Shown piece by piece: positions 63,110-64,000 of a DNA stretch of 64,000 nucleotides (position 1 is the first letter of the stretch; every line of letters starts with the position of its first letter). Source of the stretch: Octopus sinensis. Taxonomy: Eukaryota. A model generated the notes under the pieces. It was given only the letters and a program-made list of their open reading frames with translations. It had not been told where the DNA came from and ran no database searches. The stretch is from assembly GCF_006345805.1 (NCBI RefSeq), contig NC_043007.1:73284001-73348000 (forward strand), in the 5' to 3' direction. The translations under genes and the position numbers were made by a program.

Positions 63110-63620
63110 AATTACCTGGTAATACCCAGAAAAGCAGGGTATTATTTCCAGTTCCCATTACACTCTTTCACATCCTATCCTGTTTCTTGTTTAGTTCCCA
63201 TTGCTAAGTCACTATATAAATTTTAGAATCAGTTAGGTGTAATTAAGCCATTAAATATTTTAATAACCTTTATGGTAATAGTTTATTGCCAAAAATAGGT
63301 ATTACAAACTATTAGTATGATTAGTGGGTGAATAAGGAATGTTCCTATATTATTTTAAGAAAAAAATATGCATCTGAGTAAAATAAATGAGTTGACTAGT
63401 AATAACTGGAAAGTGGGGGTTATTCCCAGTTCCTGTTTACCATTACACTGTTCCATGTCCTATTGTTTCCTGTTCAGATTCTGTCCTTATGCCCAACAAA
63501 TCGTTTATTGCTAAAAATAGGTATTACAAACTATTAATTCGATTAGTAGGTGAATAAGGAATGTCCTTGTATCATTTTAACAAATGAATATGCATCTAAG
63601 TAAAATAAATTAGATAATTA
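63110..63620. repeat. Diverged tandem duplication (about 290-bp unit, second copy internally deleted)
   Basis: gtttattgc(c/t)aaaaataggtattacaaactatta...gtgaataaggaatgt...atatgcatct(g/a)agtaaaataaat occurs twice. Confidence 0.8.
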
Positions 63621-64000
63621 GATAAATAGTCTATGTATTGTAGCTGGTGTTGTCACTTATCATAATTGATTTGTAAACATACTACAGTACCCCACAGGGG
63701 GCCCATTATAGATTTTTATTGAAATCCAGTTTGCCTATAATTCAACTGGATGTTAGGAACAAATAAATAACAAAATTGGATTTAATGTGGAAAATTATTT
63801 CAGTATACTAAATTTGAAAATTTTGACATAATTTTAAAATCTCATGTGACAGCAACAGGGAAGACCCTACGAAAATAGAGACAGACAGTTATAGGACATG
63901 ACACACACACACACATACAAATGTACACACAGGTGATCACACATTTAAAATAGTGTATAGTAGACATGTATGTACGTATGTGTATATATATGTTGTGTGT

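Overview
AT-rich, repeat-dense metazoan genomic DNA. The SINE families and microsatellite load resemble octopod cephalopods; this is recognised from memory, not verified. One long coding region is well supported: a 761-codon Ser/Thr/Pro/Asp-rich ORF at 27675-29960 (+) with no recognisable family. It probably belongs to a spliced gene with a CpG-rich 5' exon near 26.0-26.4 kb and possible small downstream exons. A second CpG-rich, promoter-like region lies at about 12.5-13.9 kb. Almost all other listed ORFs are microsatellite artefacts or decayed transposon fragments: RTE, CR1, Tx1-like and HERO-like LINEs, Penelope-like RT and GIY-YIG pieces, DD37D mariner, hAT, piggyBac and Tc1-type MITEs, and at least four SINE-like families. 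The most striking unexplained structure is a set of three unrelated small repeat families that each carry a minimal type I hammerhead ribozyme motif. These are (i) a perfect 154-bp-arm palindrome with an intact hammerhead in each arm, (ii) a tRNA-headed SINE ending in a hammerhead, and (iii) a (TA)n-embedded element with a core-variant hammerhead. They occur alongside Penelope-like element remnants that could have mobilised them. All folds and alignments were read by eye; repeat boundaries are approximate unless TSDs or TIRs are quoted.
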